DNA of 63,719 nt, the filler included, from Stramenopiles sp. TOSAG23-2 (lineage: Eukaryota), in assembly GCA_900128395.1 (NCBI GenBank). It is 9 parts of 9 records of this genome, joined end to end, with 100 filler letters (N's around TTAATTAATTAA, not from the genome) between each part and the next. Parts side by side here need not be neighbours in the genome. Positions count along the whole stretch, not along the records: positions 1 to 7,017 come from LT650370.1; positions 7,118 to 14,124 come from LT650371.1; 7 more parts are not named here. The stretch is one strand, 5' to 3'. Every line of letters starts with the position of its first letter. The first letter of the stretch is position 1. The notes below the pieces were generated by a model. It saw only the letters and a list, made by a program, of their open reading frames with translations, was not told the DNA's origin and ran no database searches. The translations under genes and the position numbers were made by a program. Of this stretch, positions 1 through 11,567 are shown piece by piece.

Positions 1-1279
1 AAGGCCTGCTGGGTATATAACCCCGAGAGAGTAAAAGATATACGTATGATACATGTGACGCTGCGGTATAATTTTTTGTAAAATATTTATACAGTGTCGT
101 ACGAGTACATGATATATATATATATATCAGTGTGTATAAATATATGATACGTAATATTTTGATGTTTTGTACGCGCGAATAAAATGCATGAAAAATGCTT
201 TTTATTTTTTTAAATATAATTAGTATAAATATTAGAGCCACCTCCGCTAATAGCTGGACTGTAGCAAGGGGAGACGAGACGATTTTATGAGTGTAGGGAC
301 CTTGCTGTGTGATCTTGCTCTATTATTTCCTTAATATTCTATTGATATTAACGACGAATAATGAACGACTTGACAATCTGACAATAAGTAAACACTTGGT
401 TAACTAGTTGAAATTGTAAAATTAGATCTCCTAATAAACTTAATATAAATATTTTCCCGGATACAAATAAACTATATTATAGAATTTCAAACTCACACAG
501 CTGTAAACTCTTCCCAATATAATTATATAATTCTTTATATATCTTTTATTGTGATTCTTTCTTCTTGTATAATCTGTATTCTATTTGTGCAAGTGTATTT
601 TCACATATATATATATATTAGTTAGATATATGTGCAATATACTGATAAAAGCGCATCTATAAAATACTAGACTTCCTTTCACATTATTTGGACATCTACT
701 ATACATGATTTAACATACAAATAGCAAGGTCAACCAACATTATTAGTGATTGCTATTTCCTTGTTCCTAAAAAATATCATGAATGTTGATCCAAATCCAA
801 AAGGAATATTTAGTGATTATCAGCGAAAACACAGTTAAGGTAACACAACCCCTCAAGTTATAATTAATTGCAGTGTTAATTAGAACTTGCAAATTGAACT
901 TAACGTATTTCGCGGATCTTAATTTCATTTTTTCTTTTTCTTTTCTTATTATTTTTATTTTTATTGTTATTTATTATATAATGTGAACATTTTTCATTCC
1001 AAATTTCATGTTTTAGTTACCAACATAATCCATATTATACGACGTGATATTATCAATATTATATGTTCTGTACACATCCTGCAATGATACTATTCCAATG
1101 CTATGGAGGATGGTTTTAATTTCATTTTCTTTGTCATATATACTTGATATAGTACTCTAACCTGTATTAAAAGAAGTGCTTTTGCGAAAATGATGTTGTA
1201 TATAAACCCCCATCATCCATCTTATTCCTCCCTAATCTTTCGGTTTGCATGGCATATATATTACTATATAAATTATTTT

Positions 1280-4200
1280 TTATTTTGCATAACATTGTGA
1301 TTGTCTCCATTCACAACATGTTTCCCACCATTTCTCTTCCTGGCTGTTGCCAAAACCGCTACAATAGTACCAACTGTAACTACCACCCCACCATTTAGCA
1401 GCATCACAGCCTTTACCCCATTTAGCATTCGGTGCAACAGGTTTATTATTACAATCTAAAGAAGGTCCGCGACTTTGTAAGCAATTTCCACTAGTATCCA
1501 AATTGCCGTTGCTATCATACTCGCATTTATTGACACATGCTACGCCAATTGCTCGATCAATAAACAATTTGGTAAAATCACTTTTTAATTTTTCAGTAAC
1601 TTCTTCAAGTTTCTTACCATTTTTATAATCAGGCTTTACGTCGCATTCGTTGTCTTTGCACTCAATTGGATTATCAATGTAGCGATCAACTACACCTTTT
1701 AAATCGTCCAGTTCCAGAACGGTCTTTTCACCAAGGGCTTCCATCGCAGTCTTACGTAGCAATAAACCTAAATCAAAATCCTCTGCGTCAAATCCTAATG
1801 CTTTTGCTCCCGCTTCAATTAGTTTCTTTAGCATATTCCCACCAGTCATAGACTTAACCACTTCTACTATCTCTCTTGGGGTAGCGCCTATGCACACTTT
1901 ACATCGTTTAAATCCTGGGACATATGAGCACACCTCCTTTTCACACCATTTTACGCCACAAGGATAGTCTGGGGCATACCAACCACCATCGCACCACACA
2001 GTACCACAAGGGTAGTCAACGTCTACACATTCATATGTTACTGTAGGACAAAGGTTACTCCAAAAACAATACTCATACCGTTTGTCCATCCATTTGTCGA
2101 ATTGACTTGCTTTTTCTTCGATATAATTTAGGGCAGATACTGCTTTTTGAGCTGGTCCTGATTGGAGCAATTTTTGTGTTAGTGTCGATTTTGGTTGGCA
2201 TTTGGATGCTTTCCATTCACAGCATGTCTCCCACCACTTCTGATTTAAACGGTGGTGGTTGCCGGCACAATATCTACTACTAAATGTACCACCAGACCAT
2301 CTAGCTGCATCGCAACCTTTACCCCATTTTGCGTTCGGGGCATCAGGTTCGTCATTACAATCTATTTTAAATTTTTCTTCTTTCCCAAATACCCATTCAT
2401 TTGCCTTTTGTACTTGAGATTCGAAATCCTGTATGTATTTCCCCCCGCTGTTAAGCACATCTGCTATAAACCTCGTACGCCTATTGGTACCAAATAAGTC
2501 CATCAACTCGCTTGATGTTTTGCACACCGTTTCTGTGCCTGAAGATGGACACTCCGAATCTGCGATTAAGAAGAGATGTGAATATTCTACAATTTTTGGT
2601 CGAAAATGTATGATGTTATTTCTCAATTCCGTCAGTTTATCTTTCAACCATTTAACTTTATCTTCAACCTTATATTCATCAACAATTTCAAGCACTTTAT
2701 CTAACAATCCAGGGTTCATATCTTGGCATGGAAGGGAAGGAGATCGATTTTGATGTGGACATTTTTCTGTTTTTATCCAACTTACGACATTATTGATTAC
2801 AAAATCTACAACATCTATAGCAGCCCCAATCAACGTCCCAACAAACGGAATAGCCTTTAAGACAGTTTTTAGCATATCCACGTAGTAAAAAACTTTTATA
2901 ATTTTACTTAGCGTGTCTTGCACCTTTTTTAAGCTTCCATCTTTTCCTATTGCGTTTATGACAACAGTGCATCCATCAATCATTTTTTTCGTAAAGTTTG
3001 TCATAACTTTCATATCCTCAAGCAACGGAACAATATTATTATCTTTAAGGTTCTTGCATTCTTCACCAGGATTGTATTTCACGGAGCACCCATCATCATT
3101 TTTGTGTTTTTTGCAATGATCAATCGATCTAATAGGGTACGTTGCACTCTTATCCATTCCAAGTTGACTGCGTAGCTCTGGAACAGATAAATCATTTAAA
3201 AACTCATTTTCCCATAAATGCTTTTCATAATAAATTAATTTTCTTCGTCTTATACCAAGCATTTCGTTTGATTCTTGGATTAAGCTACTTTCTATTCTTT
3301 CTTTTCTAAGCTTTTCTATTTCTTCCATGTGATCATTCAATTCTTTTAAGGATTCACGAAGCCCCTGCAAATTTTTTGCATGCTTTTGTTTTTTCTGCAT
3401 AGCTTTAGATTTAAAATTATCCATCAACATCTTTGTTCTTTTTGATTGTACTGACAGTCTTCTTCGTCGAGATCCTTCCCCATGTTCTGCATACGTCAAG
3501 TTTGTGCCATTTTCATTTTCGTATCGGTTGTGTTGCTTTGCAAATTCGTACAATAAATTTCGATGCACTACCTCGTGTTCTGTATATTTTGAAATTCTTG
3601 GATCATCAATATCTACCATTTCGCTTTTTACGGGCCAGACAATCAAGCCTACGTGTGTAAGTAATTCTACGGATTCAAATACTGCGACTGGCTCAGACAA
3701 GCCTCGTGGCGCATTAGTTTCATTGAATGATATTGGCATGTTTTCAACAGCACCTTCTAGATCATTTTCAACATCAAAATCCGTTAAGTTAGAAGCACTT
3801 TTATTGGTACTTCGTTTGAAAACCCCGACAATGTTTGTTTGTTTGGTAGAAACCTGCACATTTAGCTCAGATATTTTCTCGGGTGCGTCTTCCATAGATG
3901 TCGCCTTTAAGCGCCTCATTACATGCGGGGGCCATGAGTGTATCCTTCCATCTTTGTAAATTGGCGTCTCTCCTATTATAGCTTCATGAAAGTGCACGTC
4001 TGGAAAACCATGTAATTTTTTGCGCACATGGCTATGAAATATTTTGTCTTCTTCTTTTAATTGCCTAAGCCGACGACCAGTCTTACCACCAGATCCTTCT
4101 GTAAAACCTACACTCTCTTCTGCAAAATCCTCCGCCGTATCAGAATGTACCACTTCAACAAAATTTGTCATCAGTGATTCGTATTGTGCAGTTTCCTTTT

Positions 4201-4864
4201 TATATACGGTGATTAAATCGTAAGTAACAATTTTATTTGGATTTCGCCTATCTTGTAAAATCACACTTTCTCTCAAATCTTTATATTTGTCTTGGGCATA
4301 TCGTACTTTTAATCTGGTTGAATATCTATCCTTTGAAAATTCGATATCATCCTTGAAAACCCATTTCGAGTCCTCCGGCTCTAAGCCCGGGTATGGTCTA
4401 AGTTTCTCTACAACATCTTCGACGTACTTTGTTGGAGCTGGTCTTTTTGCACACCATGGTTCAAGGTCATCATAATTGCTACATCTTTCTTTCATTGTAA
4501 ATCTTAAAACAGTTGTATCAGACTGACCATCAATCATTTCAGGGCCAAACATGGAAGTCAAAAAACTTCCTGCTTGGGCAATAGCTGGATCGGCATACGC
4601 TAAAAGATTTGCATCGGCATCAATTTCTGCATATGTAACCTTTTGTTCATCACTTAATTCATTATCATTTGCATTGGTCAGGTCTGTAGCCACCTTGTCG
4701 CCAAGTTGCCGTAGTTTTTTTGTATTTTTTCTTACAATACGACCAAAGGTAGGTGGAGTGACAATACGACCAAAGGTAGGTGGGGTGACAATACGACCAA
4801 AGGTAGGTGGAGTTGTTGAAGACGTATGTTAGTAATGCACATATATGTAATAATAGAATAAACC

Positions 4865-4901
<37 letters not shown>

Positions 4902-6079
4902 GAAGCCATAAAGAGTATATATACATACCTTTTGTTTAACACTGTTATTGGTTTGTTTATAGCGACAATTTCATCGAATGTATGATAACAAAACTTCTTT
5001 TTTGTGTTACATCGTCTTTTGATCTCATGATCAACATCACTTTCTAGGTGTCTTTCAATCAATGCACGACGACGGGCATTTGCATTTGGTGTAGTGACCA
5101 CAGGAATAATAGTTACTTTTCCATTAAAACTAGTCATTCTTAATTCTACCATGTTTTCGTTAATAAATAATTCTTTCCCATTTGAAAGTTCGAGGTGCAG
5201 TTCATTGGGATTTAAAGGATTTTGACGAGTGGCAAATACAGAGGTTGAATATACTTCACCATCTTTTGTAGTAAAACTGACTTGTTTTAAAGTGTTCAAA
5301 GCTTTAGCTGGCAACTTGGGCAAATCAAGCAGTGTGGTATAAGTGCGTGGGTTTTCCGTGGATACCATTGTTTTTCCATCCTTTGACATCAACTTACCTT
5401 GATTATTCACACGACTCTCTTTTGATAACTCATTAGCAAAATATGTAGATAGCATTGTTACAAGCATAAATACAATCAATCCGCAAACAGCTGCTGCAAT
5501 TAAAAGTTGCAATCTTTTTCTTTCTTTTTCGCTATCTTCCAAATGTTCTTCTAAGTTAATCAGTTCTGACAGCTCAATTTCTCCATCACCATCTTCGTCT
5601 AAATGGTCTATCCTATCTAATTTGAGTTGATCCTCTTTTGAAACTTTATCTCGAGGTGTACCCTTTGGGTATTTTTTAAAGATATTGTTCCGAGCATCTT
5701 CTGTTTTGATTGAAGTCTTCGTAGTAAGGTCTAAAAACTGTTCTAACGACATTGTATCGCTAGTAGTGAAGGATTCAAGTTTCTTCAAGTTTTCAATTTC
5801 TTTCTCTGTCGCCCTCCCCTCTTTCTGCTTCTGTAATAGAGCTGCTCGTAAACCCTTAACATCAATAAATGATTGAGACTTTCTTGTAGCAATAGAAGCT
5901 CTTCTTTTGATGGGTTTCTTTTGCACCATATTAACAGCTCTTAGAGGGTTTAATGTTTCATTGAGCTCAATATCTCCATCGACAGACGCTTTTCTACTAA
6001 CACTATTAGTATTTTTTTTTCTCGCAGCACTCACGCGCCTAAGTATTTCCAGCCTTTCTTTCTTGTTGGATGACGACAT
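1280..6079 (-). CDS. Large two-exon membrane-anchored protein (~1533 aa): N-terminal EF-hand, one TM helix, long lumenal/extracellular region with coiled coil and duplicated Cys/Trp-rich C-terminal module. Exons 6079-4929 and 4730-1280
   Basis: ORFs 4829..6205 and 1280..4693 join in frame through a phase-2 intron 4928-4731 (AG|GTATGT donor, TACTAAC at 4834-4828, TAAG| acceptor), reading LNK-R-KNTKKLRQLGDKVATD. EF-hand loop DEDGDGEIELSE. TM LLIAAAVCGLIVFMLVTMLSTYF. Likely start ATG 6079 (MSSSNKK). Confidence 0.8.
4734..4814. repeat. Intronic 27-bp tandem repeat x3 (ACAATACGACCAAAGGTAGGTGGRGTK)
   Basis: Units start at 4734, 4761 and 4788, inside the intron between branch point and acceptor. 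Confidence 0.95.
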
Positions 6080-6686
6080 TGATAATTGTAGGAGATGAAA
6101 AAGATGTTGATGGATATTTTTTAATGTGAAAGATAATGTGAAAGATAAACTTAATGCATTGTTTGACTTGCGTTGTAGATTATCTACTGTAGTTTTGTGC
6201 AACAACTGCTTGTATTAGTAGAAGATGATATTCGTCAATTTAAATTTTCATCAAGGGGTCCAATAATAATAGTATTATAATACCACTAATATATCATCAC
6301 AAAGACCCTCTTTCCTCTTTGTGCGGTATTGATCTTGAAGATCTATAATACTATGTGCCCTGTACCTGTGCAATTAAGGCGCAAAGCCCCCCAAAGCTAC
6401 TCTGGCAAGCGCAGAGTCTTCTCTACCCCAAAGCAACAAAGCTCAAAGGCAAAAAGCACCAAAATTTAAAAGATTAGTCTGCCAGTCTGTGATGCGGCAT
6501 CTTTTTTTGGATATTTGAGGTTTGAGGGTATTTCTATACTACTATTTACACAGCATTACTAAAATCCAAGCTGCAGGCGCAAAAGAGAGTAATTTTCCCT
6601 GCATTTGATGATATTGATAGGCCTGGAGTCAAATACCATCTTTGTACACTATTGCCAAGCACTGAGAATACTAGAACAGTTGGAAA

Positions 6687-6820
6687 TTGACGGCAAGCAG
6701 AAACGCACGGTGTTTTAGGCATCAAAGATGTGCAAAAATTGTTTGCATTTTATAAATTAAATTTATGTCTCAGTGATGGCTTTGACGGCAAGCAGAAACG
6801 CACGGTGTTTTAGGCGTCAA
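6687..6820. repeat. 39-bp direct repeat x2 with 56-nt spacer
   Basis: TTGACGGCAAGCAGAAACGCACGGTGTTTTAGGCRTCAA at 6687-6725 and 6782-6820. Confidence 0.9.
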
Positions 6821-7017
6821 GGGCTCAAGATTTTAAAATTATGAGATTGTAAAATAGAATCGGTGTGAGTAACTAATGCCAATTTTACAGGTCGCATATG
6901 AAATTCTCTTATTCATATACGAATCTTCGTATATATATATATATATATAGGCCCCCCGGGATCTACACAATATAAATAATTCTCCCACACTTTTTCATTT
7001 TATGCAATTCTGTTTAG

Positions 7018-7117
7018 NNNNNNNNNNNNNNNNNNNNNNNNNNNNNNNNNNNNNNNNNNNNTTAATTAATTAANNNNNNNNNNNNNNNNNNNNNNNNNNN
7101 NNNNNNNNNNNNNNNNN
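7018..7117. other. Artificial contig linker (44N-TTAATTAATTAA-44N)
   Basis: Stop-in-all-frames spacer. Identical linkers recur about every 7.1 kb. Confidence 0.98.
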
Positions 7118-7270
7118 GCTTCTTCCTCCTCCTCCTTCTCCCCAGCTTCTTCTTCCCTCTGTGTATGTACATAATTATTTTGTATACGCCATTGTTCAAT
7201 TTTTTTAACAATTGAAAATTTTATTATTTTTGTGGTTTGAATTTAGCTATTGTTATATATATCTAGAAAG

Positions 7271-8530
7271 ATGTCTTCTTCCAATTTAACACCATGGTTA
7301 AAAAAATTAGTAGATGCACAATCAAAAGGTCGTGTTGAGTTTAAAACATCTCCAGCTGGTTTCGGTTTAGGTGGATTTGCATTGTGTGATTTTAAATCTG
7401 GTGATATCGTATTTGAAATACCATCCGATTTAATTTTATCCTCGCGTTCAAAATGTGTTACGGAAGATGAAAGTATAAAAAAAATGCTTCAACAAGATTC
7501 AAATATTACGTTAGAAACAAGTTTATTTGTATATATGGCAAAAAAGACATTGCTTGGAAATGCTGAAGAATATATGTTTTCGTTACCAAATAAACCTATA
7601 CACTTACTTGAAAATGAATTGCAAGGGACAAATGTTGGTTCCCAAGTTGGAAAAGATCGAGTAGAAATGATTTCACAACTTGAAAAAATACACGCTTTAG
7701 GAGATGAAAATCATAAATTTTTAACACTTGAACAACTTATGATTGCTAAATATAATTACAATAGTCGACGATACCCATTACATTTTGATGTTGCTGGAAA
7801 TAATAATAATAATAATAATAGTAATAACAACAATACTAGCAACAACAACAATAACAATAATACTGCAAATTCATCACCATCAAGGCGTAAATATGATGCA
7901 TCGCAAGGTAGTTTATGCCCACTATTAGATATTTTAAATCATAAAGAGCAAATTTTAAATAATAACAACAACAACAACAATTATGTAAAACAATTATCAT
8001 TCGATACATCAAATCCATCAATGTTAATAGTGAAAACACTTGTTTCAATTGACAAAGGTAATGAAATTTTTTCAGATTATGGTTGTGTTAGTAACAATCA
8101 ATGTTTATTACAATTTGGATTTTGTGATAAAAAATTACCAGCAATGTTTACAGTTGTTATGGGTGGTATGCGTTTTGATTTGACGAATATAAGCGGTTTA
8201 CCAGAAATTTTAGTAAGTGATGGTGGCTTTGCATTAGGCCAACATTTACAAAAAAAATTAATGGAAATGGAAAATGTAATAAAATCAACAAATCAAGAAG
8301 TGCTATATTATATGGAATCTCAACGTATATTGTTAAAAATGTTAATCAATCAATGCATGAATATGATGAATGAAGGTGAAGAAGAGGAGAAGGAAGAGGA
8401 AGAAGAAGAAGCTGGGGAGAAGGAGGAGGAGGAAGAAGCTGGGGAGAAGGAAGATGGACAGGAGGAAGATGCGACAACAATTACTCAACAACCAGGTCAA
8501 CAAAAGAAAAAAAGACGAAAAATGCAATAA
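7271..8530 (+). CDS. SET-domain protein lysine methyltransferase (Rubisco LSMT/SETD3-SETD4-like)
   Basis: GFGLGGFA, SRRY, LCPLLDILNH, GNEIFSDYG and LLQFGF motifs. Poly-N inserts, acidic tail and C-terminal KKKRRK NLS-like stretch. ATG at 7271. Confidence 0.85.
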   Translation: MSSSNLTPWLKKLVDAQSKGRVEFKTSPAGFGLGGFALCDFKSGDIVFEIPSDLILSSRSKCVTEDESIKKMLQQDSNITLETSLFVYMAKKTLLGNAEEYMFSLPNKPIHLLENELQGTNVGSQVGKDRVEMISQLEKIHALGDENHKFLTLEQLMIAKYNYNSRRYPLHFDVAGNNNNNNNSNNNNTSNNNNNNNTANSSPSRRKYDASQGSLCPLLDILNHKEQILNNNNNNNNYVKQLSFDTSNPSMLIVKTLVSIDKGNEIFSDYGCVSNNQCLLQFGFCDKKLPAMFTVVMGGMRFDLTNISGLPEILVSDGGFALGQHLQKKLMEMENVIKSTNQEVLYYMESQRILLKMLINQCMNMMNEGEEEEKEEEEEEAGEKEEEEEAGEKEDGQEEDATTITQQPGQQKKKRRKMQ

Positions 8531-9100
8531 TAATAAAAAAATACTGTAAGAGGAGGAGGAAGAAGCTGGACAGGAAGCTGGACAGGTAGGAGACGGACAG
8601 GTACAAACATAGGAGACGGACAGGAAGGTGCTGCAACAAGTACTCAACAACTAATATAAGTATGCCAGAGTATGTAAAAAAGGTTGAATGCATAAATAAT
8701 AAATAATAATAAATAAATTTATTAGAAAAAATATAATTTTTGAGAAAAATCTGCAAATCATGTTTTTGTACACTAATAAGTATACAAAAAACCATTTTAT
8801 TCGTCGAACGCGATCGAATTATTACATTTCTTCTTACGAAATACCAAAAAAGTAAATATATATAATACATATACACAGGAGATGGTGGAAAGAGTGTCGT
8901 TAATACGAATGTCACAAAGAAATCATTTATATTTCTAATATAGTTCTACCCTGTTTATTTTATTGTTACAAAATTGTATTTAATAACACAAGAAATTCTT
9001 GTATGTAAAATTGTATTTATATATATATTGGTAGTTGAACTTTTTTTTACATTTTTTTAATTGTATTTTATTTGTTTTTAATTAAAATATAAAAATAAAA

Positions 9101-9718
9101 ATGCAATATTATTCCATTCTTCTCATAATATGTATGTTATCATTTATATCAATACCATCACCAGCAGCAGCAATAATAATAAATTGGTCAAATGAAACCA
9201 TGCAAGAATTTTACATGCGCATTGCAATCGAACAAGCAAAAGCAGCTGTTAATACAGGTGGTGCACCATATGGTGCATTAATTGTAGATCCAAATAAAAA
9301 TGAAATTGTTGTAAAAGGCCGAAACCATGCAGGACATAATCCTATTTGGCATGCAGAAATGGATGCTATTAATCGTTTAAATAATTTATTACCAAAAAAT
9401 ATTTCAGTGTATGCAATTGCAAAAAATTTGGAATTATATACAACGGCTGAAAGTTGTAGCATGTGTATGTCAGCAATAGCATGGAGTGGATTTGGTCGTG
9501 TAATTTATGGCACAAGTATACCATACATTGAATCACAAGGTCAAAATCAAATCGAAATAAGATCAGTAGAAGTTGCAAAAGCATCTTCAAAATTTAGTAA
9601 TGTTACAGTAATTGGTGGTGTATTAGTAGACGAAACAAATGAATTGTATAATAAAAAAAATGTAAAACATCAACATGTACCTCATCACCATCATCATGAT
9701 CATTCTCATCATCATTAA
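9101..9718 (+). CDS. Zinc-dependent nucleoside/nucleobase deaminase (CDA superfamily, GuaD/TadA-like) with signal peptide and His-rich tail
   Basis: PYGALIVD, HAEMDAI and LYTTAESCSMCMSAI (HxE...xCxxC). Hydrophobic N-terminus ending PAAA. C-terminus HHHHHDHSHHH. Confidence 0.9.
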   Translation: MQYYSILLIICMLSFISIPSPAAAIIINWSNETMQEFYMRIAIEQAKAAVNTGGAPYGALIVDPNKNEIVVKGRNHAGHNPIWHAEMDAINRLNNLLPKNISVYAIAKNLELYTTAESCSMCMSAIAWSGFGRVIYGTSIPYIESQGQNQIEIRSVEVAKASSKFSNVTVIGGVLVDETNELYNKKNVKHQHVPHHHHHDHSHHH

Positions 9719-9818
9719 TTCCAATTTTATTACGCGTAGTACATTTTGTGTGAGTTTAAATGTAAATATATATAATCTAGAATATCATGGATATATTGGA
9801 ATATCAACACACTAGTGT

Positions 9819-9930
9819 GAGATAGATTATTTCACTTATTATATTCTTTTTGAAGAGAGAAGAGAGTAGGAATTATCATAAAAGTAAATTTAAAACACAA
9901 ATATAAAATTATTGCGTAAAAATTAATTAT
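9819..9930. repeat. Dispersed ~100-bp AT-rich element, copy 1 (copy 2 at 32110-32200)
   Basis: GAGATARATTATTTCASTTATT...TATTCTTTT(T)GAAGAG...TAGGAATTATCAT...AGTAAATT...AAATTAT(T)GCGTAAA is shared between two separate contigs. Confidence 0.75.
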
Positions 9931-10094
9931 ACTATAATCTAGAGAGAATATGAGAGTGTGTAAAATATATATTTTTTCGTTTTTTTACAAACCATACCAC
10001 ACACACTCCTCTCTCTGTCCTATGATATATATATACGAGTCGTAATATATAATGCATATTTTTTTACTTTATCATTTCATTTTTTATCAAATGT

Positions 10095-11567
10095 TTAAAG
10101 TTCCTTTTTAAAATTAGAAGGATGATTTAATTTTTCATTGTATACGTAAATATCATTGATCATAGCACCTAATGTCCATCCAGCATCTACTTTATTATCA
10201 ATTTGATGAGCAAATATCGTTGGATGCTTTTTACTAGGCACAACATTATATATATGTTTCATTAAAAGTTCCATATATACAACACCAAAACATGCTTTGC
10301 GTTTCAATTTTGTTTTTTTTGGATGACCAAGTAATTTCATATAAGTTGCATAGTCAAAATTATTACATAGTTGTTTACTGTTTGTAATGATTTCCTTTAC
10401 ATCCGTGATTTTAATTTCATTCGCCGTTTCATCCCATTTATTTGGTAAATTTAAACCATCCTTTGCCATGATTGTTATCAATTTAGCAAAGTTATCTAAT
10501 GCATAATATGAGACTGGATTATCTTTTTGTAATTCGAACAATGTTGGACGTATGCCATCACCTATTTTTGCAATATCTTCTTCTTCCAATTTTCTTAATA
10601 ATTTTTTCACTAGCTTTTTACATCGATTGTAATTTGATTTTGCATGAATACGTTTATCATGATCAAAATCTTCTAATAACTTTGGATCACCTTCAAATGC
10701 ACATGGAAATGTATCTCCATTACCATTCTCTTTTATATATGCTGTTTTTATAAAAAATTCTATTAATAATTCATATGCTCGATGTAAACCAAAGTGCAAA
10801 CGAGATATGGCAAATAAACAAAAGGGAAGTCGTTGTTCTCCATATAATATTTTCAAATGTTGTAATCCTGCTCGTTCTTCATATATTTGAAAGGATGGTT
10901 GTACTATTTGGGATGATCCACCACCTAATTCAATTATACCATATGATTTTTCCATATTTTTGTATTCTGGTTTTTTAATAACAGATATATTGTTAATAAT
11001 ATTTTTTGCAATATTCACAGTAGTCCATGCAAATAATGCTTCATTTATACCACTTACAACCTTTGCATTTCCAACTTGAAATTGAAATTTTGATTTAGTT
11101 AATCTTGTTGTAACCCCAAGTAAAATCTTAAGTTGATCGGATCTTTTCAATAATCTCATACCAGCAGTAGCTTTTAAAGACAATCTAGTACTTTTATATA
11201 ATGCTTTTGGAATAAATTCTTCTGCGTATTTTAACAACCCATTTAAAGAATTGCCAGCTGAAATACCGGGTTCATCGTATGTTATATAATGTGATATACC
11301 AGGTGTTATTTTTTTACGTGATATTTCTGTTATGGTATTCAATACATCGTTCTTTTTCCATTTAAATATATGAATTCTAGAACCAGAGGAACCAGCATCT
11401 ATTATGATACCATATTCTTCTTTGTTATTATCGTAATAATAGTCATATACAATTGAAGGATCATCCCACGATTTGTATTGTAAAAATAAAAAAGTTGGTA
11501 TATCGAATACAAAAATTAAAAAAATGATACTATTTGTAATAATATAACATAAAAAGATGTTTTTCAT
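10095..11567 (-). CDS. GDA1/CD39 family nucleoside diphosphatase (apyrase/NTPDase)
   Basis: Apyrase conserved regions IIIDAGSSGSRIHIF, KATAGMRLL, SGINEALFAW, ELGGGSSQ and GWTLG. N-terminal TM anchor. C-terminus KKEL. Confidence 0.93.
   Translation of the reverse strand: MKNIFLCYIITNSIIFLIFVFDIPTFLFLQYKSWDDPSIVYDYYYDNNKEEYGIIIDAGSSGSRIHIFKWKKNDVLNTITEISRKKITPGISHYITYDEPGISAGNSLNGLLKYAEEFIPKALYKSTRLSLKATAGMRLLKRSDQLKILLGVTTRLTKSKFQFQVGNAKVVSGINEALFAWTTVNIAKNIINNISVIKKPEYKNMEKSYGIIELGGGSSQIVQPSFQIYEERAGLQHLKILYGEQRLPFCLFAISRLHFGLHRAYELLIEFFIKTAYIKENGNGDTFPCAFEGDPKLLEDFDHDKRIHAKSNYNRCKKLVKKLLRKLEEEDIAKIGDGIRPTLFELQKDNPVSYYALDNFAKLITIMAKDGLNLPNKWDETANEIKITDVKEIITNSKQLCNNFDYATYMKLLGHPKKTKLKRKACFGVVYMELLMKHIYNVVPSKKHPTIFAHQIDNKVDAGWTLGAMINDIYVYNEKLNHPSNFKKEL

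Noticed and set aside
1..1279. Possible decayed coding fragments downstream of the large gene
   Set aside because: Short, stop-ridden frames with no recognisable homology.
4734..4814. 27-bp repeats as CRISPR array or TIRPKVGGV coding repeat
   Set aside because: No spacers, and the repeats lie inside an intron of the minus-strand gene.
6687..6820. CRISPR-like repeat-spacer-repeat
   Set aside because: Only two units, a 56-nt spacer, no cas genes and eukaryotic context.
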